DNA of 64,000 bases from Octopus bimaculoides (lineage: Eukaryota). The notes under the pieces were generated by a model. It ran no database searches and was not told where the DNA came from. It saw nothing but the letters and a program-made list of their open reading frames with translations. Of this stretch, positions 63,126 to 64,000 are shown in pieces (position 1 is the first letter of the stretch; each line of letters starts with the position of its first letter). The position numbers and the translations under genes are program-made. The stretch spans positions 192,124,062-192,188,061 of the forward strand of contig NC_068981.1 of assembly GCF_001194135.2 (NCBI RefSeq). Reading direction: 5' to 3'.

Positions 63126-64000
63126 TTATCATCATTATATATAACACCTGTATTTATATCAGCATAAAATTTGTGTGCGTGTGTGTGCTTGCTTCTCGTT
63201 TTCTTCTGCCGAGCTGTTTTCATGATATGTCCTCTATGAAGTCCATGACTGTCTCAGTGCAATGAAATTAATGTTATGCACGGACTGTCGTTGAAAAAAA
63301 CTAAGAAAATAATTAAGAACTAAAAAGAAGAAAATTTTGACAAGAAAAATGAAATGTTATGGACACATGTGAATGAGAAGAGATCTGATGCTGGAACAAT
63401 ATTACCATATATTACATATATTTGTTTTAACTAAATTACACTGAAAATATGTAACAATTACAATGAAGCAAGAATGTGAAACAGTAGCTTTCTCATTAGT
63501 TACCATTTTACAGGTTTACTCAGTTTATTATATTCACAGTTAAGATAAAGATCTATTGCAACACAACCATTTATGAGCTTAAGTCAAGTAAACATCTAGT
63601 TCAGAATAAATCTAAACTGTTATTGCTTAATTTCCATAGTTTCAAAAGGAAGCAATGATGGAAATTTCCACTAGTGTTCAGATAAACACAGAATGGATTG
63701 AATAAATTTCTCAGCAAAATATCAAAACATCTCAAATTTGAAGTTGATTGTATTAAGAGTAAAAAGGATAAGGACTAAGGTTAAGGTGTAGGGAAACACC
63801 ACAATGTGACGCTAGGAAGAAGAAAAAATCAGTTTAAAACAGATAAATTTTACTTCCCAGAATTCCTCAACTTAAAATTTTTTTTTTTTTATGTTATCAT
63901 ATGAGGAACAAGTTTTCTACCCTCCCTCCCAAATTCATATCTGCCTCTACCCTTTCATCCAACTTCATTTACATTTCACTCCAGACATCTGACCCTCTCA

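Overview
AT-rich, repeat-dense animal (non-prokaryotic) genomic DNA with five N gaps. From memory, the repeat families look like those of an octopus (coleoid cephalopod); this was not checked against a database. I found no intact protein-coding gene. The supplied ORFs are microsatellite or N-run artefacts, transposon debris or chance frames. A few short segments have good splice sites and one open frame and may be exons of a large-intron host gene, but I recognise no protein. Supported content: (i) many tRNA-derived SINEs of at least three families plus RTE-LINE 3' tails ending in (GAT)n; (ii) decayed LINE fragments (CR1/L2-like, I/Jockey-like, RTE); (iii) three mariner remnants, one full-length with TIRs and TA target duplication and one fold-back form built from two 5' ends; (iv) TTAA-flanked piggyBac-type MITEs, one nested in another; (v) microsatellites. 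The most notable observation is three separate minus-strand motifs matching the minimal hammerhead ribozyme (CUGANGA, stem II, GAAA, palindromic mini-helix III, NUH) known from Penelope-like elements. One sits in an inverted-repeat structure that also holds a head-to-head tRNA-derived palindrome. Also visible are DNA-repair footprints (a 39-bp templated insertion and a 177-bp microhomology-bounded duplication) and an odd minisatellite with an inverted unit. Repeat boundaries are approximate unless TIRs or TSDs are quoted.
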